A DNA stretch of 64,000 bases, taken from a bacterium (GTDB lineage Bacteria > Zhuqueibacterota > Zhuqueibacteria > Residuimicrobiales > Residuimicrobiaceae). Positions 29,115 through 38,324 of this stretch are shown here, in pieces. Within the stretch, counting starts at the first letter, position 1. Every line of letters starts with the position of its first letter. Position numbers and translations under genes: made by a program. Location: the NCBI GenBank assembly GCA_029554865.1, contig JAKPUX010000025.1, positions 11,561-75,560 of the forward strand. The letters are read 5' to 3'. The notes beneath the pieces were generated by a model. The model was not told the DNA's origin and did no database searches. It saw only the letters and a program-made list of their open reading frames with translations.

Positions 29115-29969
29115 GTGGAAAAGCTGTTGAAGGAAAAGATCGGTGAGGCTCTCGCCTTTCTCCGTCCCCGGCTCAGGGAGCGGCCGCGCGTAGCGATCAT
29201 CCTCGGCTCGGGGCTCGGCCGCTTTTCCGAGCAGATTGAAGAGGCAATCAGGATCGACACATCGGAGATTCCCCACTATCCCCATTCGACCGTTCCGGGA
29301 CATGCCGGCCGCTGGTTCGCCGGCCGTCTGGGCCAGCTGCCTGTCATCGCCGTGCAGGGCCGGGTCCACTATTATGAGGGCTACCCCCTGGCGCAGGTGA
29401 CTTTTCCGGTCCATCTGCTCGCGAGTCTGGGTGTGGAGATTCTCATCGTCACCACGGCGAGCGGGGGATTGAATCCCGCCTTTTCCGCCGGGGATCTGAT
29501 GCTGATCACCGATCAACTCAATTTCACCTTCGGCAATCCCCTGGTGGGCAGGCCGGAGGATCAGCTCGGGCCGCGCTTTCCGGATATGATGCATTGTTAC
29601 GATCAGGGGCTGCGTGATGTGGCGCGGGATGCGGCGGCGAGGCTGGGAATGAGGCTGCGCGAGGGGGTTTTTTGCTGGGTGACCGGCCCGGCCTACGAGA
29701 CTGCGGCGGAGGTGCGCATGCTGCGCCAGCTCGGGGGGGATGCAGTCTCGATGTCGACCGCCCCGGAGGTGATCGTCGCGCGGCAGCGTCATCTGCGCGT
29801 GCTCGGCATCTCCCTGATCACCAATCCCGGCACGGGCCTGACGGCGGCCAAACTTACCCATGAGGAGGTCACAGCTACCGCCAATCAGGCGGGGGAGCGG
29901 ATGGGGCAGCTTCTGCTCGAGATCGCCCGCCGTCTGGAGGGGGAGCCAACCCGGCCGGAGCGGGGATGA
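29115..29969 (+). CDS. punA: Purine nucleoside phosphorylase (trimeric type)
   Basis: IILGSGLG, STVPGHAG, QGRVHYYEG, GPAYET, MSTAPE. Confidence 0.93.
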   Translation: MEKLLKEKIGEALAFLRPRLRERPRVAIILGSGLGRFSEQIEEAIRIDTSEIPHYPHSTVPGHAGRWFAGRLGQLPVIAVQGRVHYYEGYPLAQVTFPVHLLASLGVEILIVTTASGGLNPAFSAGDLMLITDQLNFTFGNPLVGRPEDQLGPRFPDMMHCYDQGLRDVARDAAARLGMRLREGVFCWVTGPAYETAAEVRMLRQLGGDAVSMSTAPEVIVARQRHLRVLGISLITNPGTGLTAAKLTHEEVTATANQAGERMGQLLLEIARRLEGEPTRPERG

Positions 29970-29983
29970 TTTACTGAAAAATA

Positions 29984-30012
29984 TTGACAATATTATTGAA
30001 ATTGCGTATATT
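29984..30012 (+). promoter_or_regulatory. Promoter of tRNA/tadA/ffs/dnaX cluster
   Basis: TTGACA-17 nt-TATATT. Confidence 0.75.
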
Positions 30013-30029
30013 TATGAGCTTGGGATTTT

Positions 30030-30102
30030 GGCGTGTTCGTCTAGGGGTCTAGGACGCTGGCCTCTCACGCCGGTAACACGGGTTCGAATCCCGTACACGC
30101 TA
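30030..30102 (+). tRNA. tRNA-Glu(CTC)
   Basis: GGCGTGT/ACACGCT acceptor, CTCTCAC anticodon loop. Confidence 0.94.
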
Positions 30103-30145
30103 CAAAATTCAAGTGCTGCACAGCAAGATGTTCTCTGAACATAAC

Positions 30146-30219
30146 GCGCCCGTAGCTCAACTGGATAGAGCATCTGGCTACGGACCAGAAGGTTGGGGAT
30201 TCGAGCTCCTCCGGGCGCG
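30146..30219 (+). tRNA. tRNA-Arg(ACG)
   Basis: GCGCCCG/CGGGCGC acceptor, TCTGG-CTACGGA-CCAGA anticodon arm. Confidence 0.94.
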
Positions 30220-30242
30220 CATTTTTTGGGAAGGCTCTCCTC

Positions 30243-30698
30243 ATGCAGGATCATGCAGCCTGGATGCGGCTCGCGCTTGCCGAAGCCAGGAAGGCCCTGA
30301 ATAAGAATGAGGTTCCGGTCGGTGCCGTTGTGGTGTATGAGGGCCGGGTCATTGGCAGGGGGCACAATCTCATCGAATCCCTGCAGGATCCCACCGCGCA
30401 TGCGGAGATGCTGGCCGTAACTGCCGCAGCCAATACTCTCGCCTCCTGGCGGCTGGATCAATCCATCCTGTATGTCACCCTCGAACCTTGTATGATGTGC
30501 ACAGGCGCGATCCTGCTCGCCAGGATTCCGCTGATTGTTTATGGTGCGGCCGATCCCCGTTACGGGGCGTGCGGGAGTGCACTGCAGATGGCTGACGGCG
30601 CCAAGCTGGATATTCAGGCCAGGGTCATCGGCGGGATCATGAAAGAGGAGAGCAGTCTTCTCTTGAAGGAGTTCTTTCGCAAGCTGCGTCAAAATTAG
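30243..30698 (+). CDS. tadA: tRNA adenosine(34) deaminase
   Basis: EVPVGAV, DPTAHAE, TLEPCMMC; directly downstream of its substrate tRNA-Arg(ACG). Confidence 0.95.
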   Translation: MQDHAAWMRLALAEARKALNKNEVPVGAVVVYEGRVIGRGHNLIESLQDPTAHAEMLAVTAAANTLASWRLDQSILYVTLEPCMMCTGAILLARIPLIVYGAADPRYGACGSALQMADGAKLDIQARVIGGIMKEESSLLLKEFFRKLRQN

Positions 30699-30734
30699 CC
30701 CCTCTTTCCAGCGAGGAGCGGGCCATGAGTTTCA

Positions 30735-30822
<88 letters not shown>

Positions 30823-30846
30823 AGATGGAGATCAGGCTGTTGTTTC

Positions 30847-30935
<89 letters not shown>

Positions 30936-30991
30936 GAGGTCTTCTGCCCGCTCGTGCGGCGGGGCCGGCGTCATCCTGCTGCAAATCTTTC

Positions 30992-31064
30992 GGGGCTGTA
31001 GCTCAGCTGGGAGAGCGATACGTTCGCAACGTATAGGTCGTGGGTTCGAATCCCATCAGCTCCA
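30992..31064 (+). tRNA. tRNA-Ala(CGC)
   Basis: GGGGCTG/CAGCTCC acceptor with G3:U70, ATACG-TTCGCAA-CGTAT anticodon arm. Confidence 0.94.
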
Positions 31065-31071
31065 CACAAGA

Positions 31072-31343
31072 GGCTGTGCTAGACGGGGAGCTAGCGGTGC
31101 CCTGTAACCTGCAACCCGCTCCAGCAGGGTCGAATTCCCATTCTGAGGCCTGCTCACGTTCTTGTCTCGCCATGGTGTGCAATGCTGAAAGCCCAAGCCC
31201 TACGCAATAGATGCGTGCCCAACCCCGTCAGGATCGGAAGATAGCAGCGGCAAGCACATTCTCTATGTGCCGTAGGAGTACTTGGCTGGAGTTGTGCGCT
31301 GTGTCGTCTGGTGCGCAGGGGGGTCGAAGGTGGGTGCACAGCC
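31072..31343 (+). ncRNA. ffs: Large (Alu-domain-containing) signal recognition particle RNA
   Basis: Terminal pairing GGCTGTGC/GCACAGCC; Alu-like GCTAGACGGGGAGCTAGCGGTGCCCTGTAACCTGCAACCCGCT; helix 8 TCAGGATCGGAAGATAGCAGC; T run; canonical position before dnaX. Confidence 0.9.
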
Positions 31344-31377
31344 TTTTTTTTTGACGTGACCGAAGCCGGATCCCTCC

Positions 31378-33084
31378 ATGTCCTACTTGGTGCTTGCCCG
31401 AAAATATCGCCCCATGTTTTTTGCCGACGTTCTGGGGCAGCAGCATGTGACCCACACCCTGCAGAATGCCATCCAACAGAACCGGATTGCCAATGCCTAC
31501 CTTTTTTCCGGGCCGCGCGGCATTGGCAAGACCACGGTTGCTCGTCTCCTTGCCAAGGCCCTAAACTGCGATCAGGGCCCCACGATCAACCCCTGCAACA
31601 CCTGTACTTCCTGCATAGAGATCAATGAAAGCCGCAGCCTCGATGTATTCGAGATTGACGGCGCCTCCAATCGCGGCATCGACGAGGTGCGCAATCTGCG
31701 CGAGGGGCTGCGCTACGCGCCCCATCCCGGCAAATACCGCATCTATATCATCGATGAAGTGCACATGCTCACCAACGAGGCCTTCAACGCCCTGTTGAAG
31801 ACCCTGGAGGAACCGCCCGCGCGGGTGTTGTTCATCTTTGCCACCACCGAATCACATAAGGTCCCGGCGACGATCCTGTCGCGCTGCCAGCGCTTCGATT
31901 TCAAGCGCATGTCCCATCAGTTTATTGTCGAGCAGCTGCAGACGATGTGCCGTCAAGAGGAGATCGCGATCGATGCGGAATCACTGCGCATGATCGCGCT
32001 CAAGGCCGACGGCAGTATGCGGGATTCGCAGAGTATTCTCGACCAGATCATTGCCTTCGCCGGTAAAAACATCCAGGCCCGGGATGTGGCCTCGCTGCTC
32101 GGGATCATCGACCAGGAGCTCTTTTTTCGGGTCACGGATCTGATTCAGGCCGGGGACGTGGATGGCGCTATCAAGCTTGCCGACCATCTTTTTGCGGAGG
32201 GCTTCGACTTTGACGAATTTCTCATCGGCCTTGCCGAGCATCTGCGCAATTTTCTGGTGGTGAAAAGCGGCAGCGATCCTCATCTCATTGACTGTTCCGA
32301 GGAGCATATTGTGCGCTATCGGGAGCAGATAGAGGCCTTTTCCATCGAGGATCTGCTGCGGTTGATCAAGGTGGCGGCGGATGCCGAAAACCTGGTGCGC
32401 CGCAGCAGCAATGCCCGGCTCCATTTCGAGGTCGGCCTGGTCAAGATGGTGCGGATGAGCAGCAGCGTGCAGCTGACTACCCTCATGGAGCAGCTGGGAG
32501 AGGTAAAAAAAAAGTCTAATTCCCTCCCCTTGAGCAGTTCCACCTCCCCTGGCTACAAGCCCTCTTTTCTCGCCCAAACTCCGAACCCGACCACTTCCCG
32601 TCCTTCGGCCGCACCTTCTGCATCTGCGCCCGCCGGCCCCGCTTTGATTCCTGCCGATGCAGTTTCGCCGGAGCAGAAAGCGGTGGTTGAGCAGGCGCCC
32701 GCTCTCTCTTTAGCTGCGGTGGAAGAGCGCTGGCAGGGTGTGCTCGATGCGGTGCGCACCCAGAAGGTCGCGCTTGGCACTTTTTTGCAGGAGGGCTGGC
32801 CGGTTAAGGTGGGCGCAGGGCAGCTGGAGATCATGTTCGGCCGTGAGAGCAGTTTCCAGATGAATGCGGTCGAAAACAACCGCCTGCTTCTGCAGGAGAT
32901 CATGACCGGGATTCTGGGGGTTCCGCTGCGGCTCCTGTGTGTGAAAGATGAGGAGGGGATCCTGCCGCGGGTGCGTAAAATCCCGGCGCTGACCGATCGC
33001 AAGAGCGAGTTCGAGAAGAAGCTGCGGGATGATGTCCGTATGCAAAGAATAGTGCAAGAGTTCGACGCTGAATTCATCAAATAG
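31378..33084 (+). CDS. dnaX: DNA polymerase III subunit gamma/tau
   Basis: LARKYRP, GPRGIGKTT, EIDGASN, IIDEVHML, SRC. Confidence 0.97.
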   Translation: MSYLVLARKYRPMFFADVLGQQHVTHTLQNAIQQNRIANAYLFSGPRGIGKTTVARLLAKALNCDQGPTINPCNTCTSCIEINESRSLDVFEIDGASNRGIDEVRNLREGLRYAPHPGKYRIYIIDEVHMLTNEAFNALLKTLEEPPARVLFIFATTESHKVPATILSRCQRFDFKRMSHQFIVEQLQTMCRQEEIAIDAESLRMIALKADGSMRDSQSILDQIIAFAGKNIQARDVASLLGIIDQELFFRVTDLIQAGDVDGAIKLADHLFAEGFDFDEFLIGLAEHLRNFLVVKSGSDPHLIDCSEEHIVRYREQIEAFSIEDLLRLIKVAADAENLVRRSSNARLHFEVGLVKMVRMSSSVQLTTLMEQLGEVKKKSNSLPLSSSTSPGYKPSFLAQTPNPTTSRPSAAPSASAPAGPALIPADAVSPEQKAVVEQAPALSLAAVEERWQGVLDAVRTQKVALGTFLQEGWPVKVGAGQLEIMFGRESSFQMNAVENNRLLLQEIMTGILGVPLRLLCVKDEEGILPRVRKIPALTDRKSEFEKKLRDDVRMQRIVQEFDAEFIK

Positions 33085-33100
33085 CCGACAGAGGTGGTTT

Positions 33101-33445
33101 ATGTTCAACAAGGGAAACATGGGCGGCCTTCTGCGTCAGGCGCAGAAGATGCAGGAAGATCTGCAGAAAATGCAGGCCAACCTGGCCAATCTGAGGGTTG
33201 AGGGCACGGCCGGCGGCAACATGGTCACAGTCACTGCCAACGCCGCGCAGGAGATCCTGCAGGTAAAGATCAATCCGGAGGTGGTCGATCCGGAGGATGT
33301 TGAGATGCTGGAGGATCTGGTCCTGGCCGCGGTCAATCAAGCCCTGCAAAACGGGCGCGCCAAAGCGGAAGAGGAGATGGCTAAAGTCACCGGCGGCATG
33401 GATCCGGGCGGGATGCTCGGCGGCCTCAAATTGCCGGGTATGTGA
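33101..33445 (+). CDS. ybaB: YbaB/EbfC nucleoid-associated protein
   Basis: QAQKMQ, EGTAGG, LEDLVLAAVN; dnaX-ybaB-recR synteny. Confidence 0.95.
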   Translation: MFNKGNMGGLLRQAQKMQEDLQKMQANLANLRVEGTAGGNMVTVTANAAQEILQVKINPEVVDPEDVEMLEDLVLAAVNQALQNGRAKAEEEMAKVTGGMDPGGMLGGLKLPGM

Positions 33446-33473
33446 GAAACGCTCTGATGTGTGAGGTCTGGCG

Positions 33474-34070
33474 GTGAACTATTCATCCGAGGCGGTTGAA
33501 CGAGCCATCCATGAGCTGAGCAAGCTGCCGGGCATCGGACGCAAATCGGCCCAGCGCCTGGTCTTCTTTCTGCTCAAGGTGCCTGAGGAGGAGGTACGCG
33601 CCCTGGCGGGCTCCCTCGCCGAGCTGCATGAGAAGGTGCGCTACTGCTCGCGCTGTTTCAATATCACCGAAGAGGATCCCTGTCCGATCTGCGCGGATGA
33701 GATGCGGGACCGCCGTCTCATTTGCGTTGTAGAGGAGGCCAATGACGTGGTCGCTCTGGAAAAGACCGGAGAATTCAAGGGGCTTTATCACGTCCTCGGG
33801 GGTGCGCTCTCCCCTCTGGACGGCATCGGGCCGGATGATCTGAAAATCAAGGAGCTTCTCGGGCGGTTGAGCGAAGAGGTCGAGGAGATCATTCTCGCCA
33901 CCAATCCCAACACCGAGGGAGAGGCCACCGCCCTCTACCTGGCCCGTCTTTTCAAACCCATGCAGGTGCGGGTTTCGCGCATCGCCCGCGGCATCCCGGT
34001 GGGCGCAGACATCGAGTACGCCGACGAGATGACCCTTTCGCGCGCCATGGCCGGGCGGGTCCCGTTATAA
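33474..34070 (+). CDS. recR: Recombination mediator RecR
   Basis: LPGIGRKSAQRL, C4 Zn finger, YHVLGG, ATNPNTEGEATA. Confidence 0.97.
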   Translation: MNYSSEAVERAIHELSKLPGIGRKSAQRLVFFLLKVPEEEVRALAGSLAELHEKVRYCSRCFNITEEDPCPICADEMRDRRLICVVEEANDVVALEKTGEFKGLYHVLGGALSPLDGIGPDDLKIKELLGRLSEEVEEIILATNPNTEGEATALYLARLFKPMQVRVSRIARGIPVGADIEYADEMTLSRAMAGRVPL

Positions 34071-34198
34071 CCCTCCCCGGCACCGCCCGCCGCACCAATT
34101 TATCACTTGCCTTTATTGACACTTTTTTAGTAATTTGCAGTAGGAAATGGATAAGGTCGGAATCTCTTCCGGCCTTACGTATTATTCAGGGAAACTCT

Positions 34199-34672
34199 GT
34201 GAACGAGAAGAGGCAGTGGCGTGATGAGGTGGCGCGTTTTTTAGCCACGACTTTATACACCGGTTATTTTCCTGTCGCCCCGGGGACTGTGGGCGCGGCT
34301 GCAGCTGTTCTGCTGCTCTGGTTCGTCGGCATGGATCAGGGATTCCTCCTGCTCGGCCTGGTGCTGCTTACCACCCTGATCGGCGTCTGGGCGGCCGGTC
34401 GGGCGGAGGCCCTCTGGCAGGAAACGGATCCGGGCCGGGTGAACCTGGACGAAGTGGCGGGCATGATGGTCTCGCTGCTTTTTTTGCCTCGCACCGGGGT
34501 GGTCTTTATTCTGGCCTTCGTCGCCTTTCGTGTTTTTGACATCCTCAAGCCGGTGCCAGTGAGCACGGCGGAGAGGCTGCCGCGCGGCTGGGGCATTATG
34601 GCGGATGATATCGTGGCCGGGATTTACGCCAATATCGTCCTGCAGCTGGTTGTTTATTTCAGGCTGTTCTGA
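34199..34672 (+). CDS. pgpA: Phosphatidylglycerophosphatase A
   Basis: APGTVG, DPGRVNLDEVAG, FRVFDILKP, GIMADDIVAG. Confidence 0.93.
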   Translation: MNEKRQWRDEVARFLATTLYTGYFPVAPGTVGAAAAVLLLWFVGMDQGFLLLGLVLLTTLIGVWAAGRAEALWQETDPGRVNLDEVAGMMVSLLFLPRTGVVFILAFVAFRVFDILKPVPVSTAERLPRGWGIMADDIVAGIYANIVLQLVVYFRLF

Positions 34673-34691
34673 AAGGCCGACGGGAGGCTGG

Positions 34692-35939
34692 ATGCGCATT
34701 GAGGTGATCTCCATCGGTGATGAACTGCTCATCGGCCAAACGATAAATACCAATGCAGCCTGGATCGGGCAGGAGCTGCTTGAGGCCGGGATGGAAGTGG
34801 GCCGGGTCACAACGGTGGGTGACGGCCTCGGCCAGATCAAGCAGGCCCTGGCCGAGGCTGCCGGGAGGGCTGATTACATCCTGGTGACCGGGGGGTTGGG
34901 GCCGACCAACGATGATATCACCCGCACGGCGGCGTGTGAATATTTCGGCGTGGGCCTGATCCGCGATGAGGCCACCCTCGACCACATCAGAAGGCTTTTC
35001 AAGCGCCGCAACCTGCCGATGGCCAGCGTCAATGAGAGCCAGGCCCTGGTGCCGGAAACGGCGCGGTTGATGCAGAATGACCGCGGTACGGCGCCGGGAT
35101 ATATCTTTGAACGGGATGGCCGTCATTATTATTTCATGCCGGGGGTTCCCTACGAGATGAAGGCGATGATGACGGCGGTTGTACTGCCTGAGCTGCAAAA
35201 GGCGAAGGGGGGACAGGTCATCCTCACCCACCACATCGCCACCATCGGCATCGCCGAGAGTTCCCTCTATGAACAGATCGGCGGCATTCCGGAAATCGAG
35301 GCCCTGGTCCGCCTCGCCTTTCTGCCCAGTCCCTCCGGGGTTCGTATTCGCCTCAATGCCATGGGCGAGCATGAGGAGGAGGTGCGCGCGCGAATGGCGA
35401 GGGCTGTGGAGCGGGTATGCTGCAACATTCGTCCCTACATCTTCGCCGAGCGCAACATTCCCCTGGAGCAGGCCCTGGCCGAGGAGCTGATCAGTCGGCA
35501 GGAGCATCTTGGGGTTGCCGAGTCGTGCACCGGTGGGCTGATTGCCAACAAGTTCACCAATCTCGCCGGCAGCTCGCGCTTTTTTGAACGAGGGCTGGTC
35601 ACCTACAGCAATGAGGCCAAGATCCAGTTTCTGGGTGTGCCGGAAGACCTCATCGCCCTGCACGGAGCGGTCAGCGCCCCCGTGGCCGAGGCGATGGCTG
35701 AAGGGGTGGTCCGGGTGAGCGGGACCGATCATGGCCTCTCCGTCACCGGCATTGCCGGCCCGGATGGAGGCACCCCGGAGAAACCGGTCGGGCTGGTGTA
35801 TGTGGGCTATGCCGGGAAGGGGGGGGCGGCGGTGGAGGAGCATCGTGTGATCTCGGGCGACCGGCTGGTCAACAAGGAGCGTTTCGCCTATATTGCCATG
35901 AATCTGCTGCGCAAGCAGCTCTTCAATCTGCAGACCTGA
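34692..35939 (+). CDS. cinA: Competence/damage-inducible protein CinA (MoCF domain + NMN deamidase PncC)
   Basis: IGDELLIG, GGLGPT.DD, AESCTGG, SVTGIAGPDGG; ATG 34692 after GGAGG. Confidence 0.95.
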   Translation: MRIEVISIGDELLIGQTINTNAAWIGQELLEAGMEVGRVTTVGDGLGQIKQALAEAAGRADYILVTGGLGPTNDDITRTAACEYFGVGLIRDEATLDHIRRLFKRRNLPMASVNESQALVPETARLMQNDRGTAPGYIFERDGRHYYFMPGVPYEMKAMMTAVVLPELQKAKGGQVILTHHIATIGIAESSLYEQIGGIPEIEALVRLAFLPSPSGVRIRLNAMGEHEEEVRARMARAVERVCCNIRPYIFAERNIPLEQALAEELISRQEHLGVAESCTGGLIANKFTNLAGSSRFFERGLVTYSNEAKIQFLGVPEDLIALHGAVSAPVAEAMAEGVVRVSGTDHGLSVTGIAGPDGGTPEKPVGLVYVGYAGKGGAAVEEHRVISGDRLVNKERFAYIAMNLLRKQLFNLQT

Positions 35940-36499
35940 TGGCGACCCTGCGCACATTCATCTGCATCGAGTTGTCCGAAAAGGTCCGGGAGCGGATTGC
36001 GGAGCTGCAGCAGCAGCTCAAACCGCTGGGAAGCGGCGTCAGCTGGACCCGTCCGGAAGGGATCCATCTCACGTTGAAATTTCTCGGCGATATCGAGTCG
36101 GCTCGGGTGGCCGACATAGCCGGTGCAGTGGAGCGAGCGGCTCAGGGGGTGGCCCCGTTCAGGATCACAGTGGCCGGGACGGGCGGATTTCCCAATCTGA
36201 GCAGGCCGCGGGTGCTGTGGGTGGGCATTGAGAGCAGCGCCAGCGCGCTGTTCGTCGTACAGTCACAGATCGAAATCGAGCTGGCCAGACTGGGGTATCC
36301 CCGGGAGGAACGGCGCTTTTCTCCCCATCTGACCCTGGGGCGGGTAAAATCGCCCGAGGCGGTGCGGGAGATCTGCCGGGAGCTGCTGCAGCGCTCATTT
36401 GCCCCGGTTACCTTCACTGCCGGCTCGATCATCATCATGCGCAGTGATCTTAAACCGGATGGCGCACTCTATACGCCGTTGAGAACCATCGAACTATAA
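35939..36499 (+). CDS. thpR: RNA 2',3'-cyclic phosphodiesterase
   Basis: Two HxT motifs (HLTLKFLG, PHLTLGR). Confidence 0.94.
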   Translation: MATLRTFICIELSEKVRERIAELQQQLKPLGSGVSWTRPEGIHLTLKFLGDIESARVADIAGAVERAAQGVAPFRITVAGTGGFPNLSRPRVLWVGIESSASALFVVQSQIEIELARLGYPREERRFSPHLTLGRVKSPEAVREICRELLQRSFAPVTFTAGSIIIMRSDLKPDGALYTPLRTIEL

Positions 36500-36514
36500 A
36501 GAGCAGGTGCCCTT

Positions 36515-37558
36515 ATGCCAGAAGAGAGAGATGAAAAGCGCAAAGCGCTTGAGTTGGCCATGACCCAGATCGACCGGCAGTATGGCAAGGGGTCGATCAT
36601 GTGGCTTGGCGAGGACAAAAAGATTCCCATCGATGTAATTTCGACCGGATCGATTTCTCTGGATGCCGCTCTGGGAGTGGGCGGGGTGCCGCGTGGGCGC
36701 ATCATCGAGATTTTCGGCCCCGAATCGTCGGGCAAGACCACCCTGGCCCTGCACGTCATCGCCGAGGCACAAAAGGCGGGCGGTCTGGCGGCTTTTGTCG
36801 ACGCCGAGCATGCCCTGGATGCCCATTATGCCAATCTGCTGGGTGTGGATACGGAGAATTTGCTCATTTCCCAGCCGGACACCGGCGAGCAGGCCCTGGA
36901 GATCACCGAAACCCTGGTGCGCAGCGGGGCGCTGGATGTGGTGGTGATCGATTCTGTTGCCGCCCTGGTGCCGCGCGCCGAGATCGAGGGGGAGATGGGT
37001 GATGCCCAGATGGGTCTGCAGGCGCGCCTGATGTCGCAGGCCATGCGCAAGCTCACCGCTGCAATCAGCAAGTCCAAAACCTGTGTGGTTTTTATCAACC
37101 AGATCCGCGAAAAAATCGGCGTCATGTTTGGCAGCCCGGAAACCACGACCGGCGGCCGCGCCCTCAAGTTCTACTCCTCGGTCCGTCTCGATATCCGCCG
37201 GACGGCATCCATCAAGGAGGGAGAGAACGTCATCGGCAACCGGACCAAGGTGAAGGTGGTGAAGAACAAGGTCGCGCCCCCCTTCCGGGAGGCGGAATTC
37301 GACATCATTTACGGCCAGGGCATCTCCAAGATCGGCGATCTTCTCGATCTGGCGGTCAACATGAACATCGTCGAGAAAAGCGGGACCTGGTTCTCCTACA
37401 AGGAGGAGCGTCTCGGTCAGGGCCGGGAGAATGTGCGCAAGTACCTCGATCAGAATCCCGAGCTGCTGGCGACGATCGAAAAAGGGGTGCGTCAGAATCT
37501 GGGCCTCTTTCCGGGCGCAGGCGGGGAGGAGGCCGGGGAGAAGGCCGAAAAGAAGTAA
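36515..37558 (+). CDS. recA: Recombinase RecA
   Basis: [33 protein letters not shown]. Confidence 0.99.
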   Translation: MPEERDEKRKALELAMTQIDRQYGKGSIMWLGEDKKIPIDVISTGSISLDAALGVGGVPRGRIIEIFGPESSGKTTLALHVIAEAQKAGGLAAFVDAEHALDAHYANLLGVDTENLLISQPDTGEQALEITETLVRSGALDVVVIDSVAALVPRAEIEGEMGDAQMGLQARLMSQAMRKLTAAISKSKTCVVFINQIREKIGVMFGSPETTTGGRALKFYSSVRLDIRRTASIKEGENVIGNRTKVKVVKNKVAPPFREAEFDIIYGQGISKIGDLLDLAVNMNIVEKSGTWFSYKEERLGQGRENVRKYLDQNPELLATIEKGVRQNLGLFPGAGGEEAGEKAEKK

Positions 37559-37585
37559 CCCGGCCGCGCGGGAGGGAGAGGAACC

Positions 37586-38224
37586 ATGGCTGAGATGCGC
37601 ACCGTCACGGGGATTGAGATGCAGAAGAGGGATGCCCAGCGCATCTCCATCTTTCTTGACGGCGAGTTCGCTTTCGGCCTCCACCAGGATGTCTTGCTCG
37701 AGAGCGGGATAGCCAGGGGGGACAGGCTGAGCGAGGAACGCATCGAGGCGATCCTCGCCCTCGAGCAGAAGCGGCGGGCGAAAGAGAAGGCGCTGCGGCT
37801 GCTTTCGGTGCGCAGCCGCAGCCGCAAGGAGCTGGCCGACCGCCTCAGGCAGGCCAAGTTCAGCCCCGAGGCGATCGAATACACTCTGGGGGAGATGGAA
37901 CGGCTCGGCTTTCTCAATGACGGCGACTTTGCCCAAGCCTGGGGGCGCAACCGCACAGCGACCCGCCCGGCAGGGGCCTTTATGCTGCGCCAGGAGCTGC
38001 GCCGGAAAGGAGTGGCCGAGGAGGATATCGAAAAAGGGCTCCAGGCGGCCTTTCGGGAGAGCAGCGAGGCGGAGGTGGCCCGCGAGCTGGCGATCCGTCG
38101 CAAGCAAACCCTCGCGGCACTGCCCGAGGAGAAGGCGAGGAAGCGGCTGCAGGATTTTTTACTACGCCGGGGATTCGGCTGGGATCTGGTCAGCGAGCTG
38201 ATGGAGGAGTGGGAGCGCCTCTGA
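37586..38224 (+). CDS. recX: Regulatory protein RecX
   Basis: ALRLLSVRSRSRKEL, GFLND, LLRRGF; follows recA. Confidence 0.93.
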   Translation: MAEMRTVTGIEMQKRDAQRISIFLDGEFAFGLHQDVLLESGIARGDRLSEERIEAILALEQKRRAKEKALRLLSVRSRSRKELADRLRQAKFSPEAIEYTLGEMERLGFLNDGDFAQAWGRNRTATRPAGAFMLRQELRRKGVAEEDIEKGLQAAFRESSEAEVARELAIRRKQTLAALPEEKARKRLQDFLLRRGFGWDLVSELMEEWERL

Positions 38225-38324
38225 CCGAAATTTTATTCCGCACTATCGAGTTGTATAAGTAATTATGGGTATCCGCAGGGTAACCTGGCTTTCTAATGAG
38301 CAAGAGAAGGAACCGATCCAATAT

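Noticed and set aside
34152-34177. Hairpin TAAGGTCGGAA/TTCCGGCCTTA in the pgpA leader as a riboswitch
   Set aside because: Simple stem with no aptamer features or good U tract; at most a stabilising or terminating hairpin
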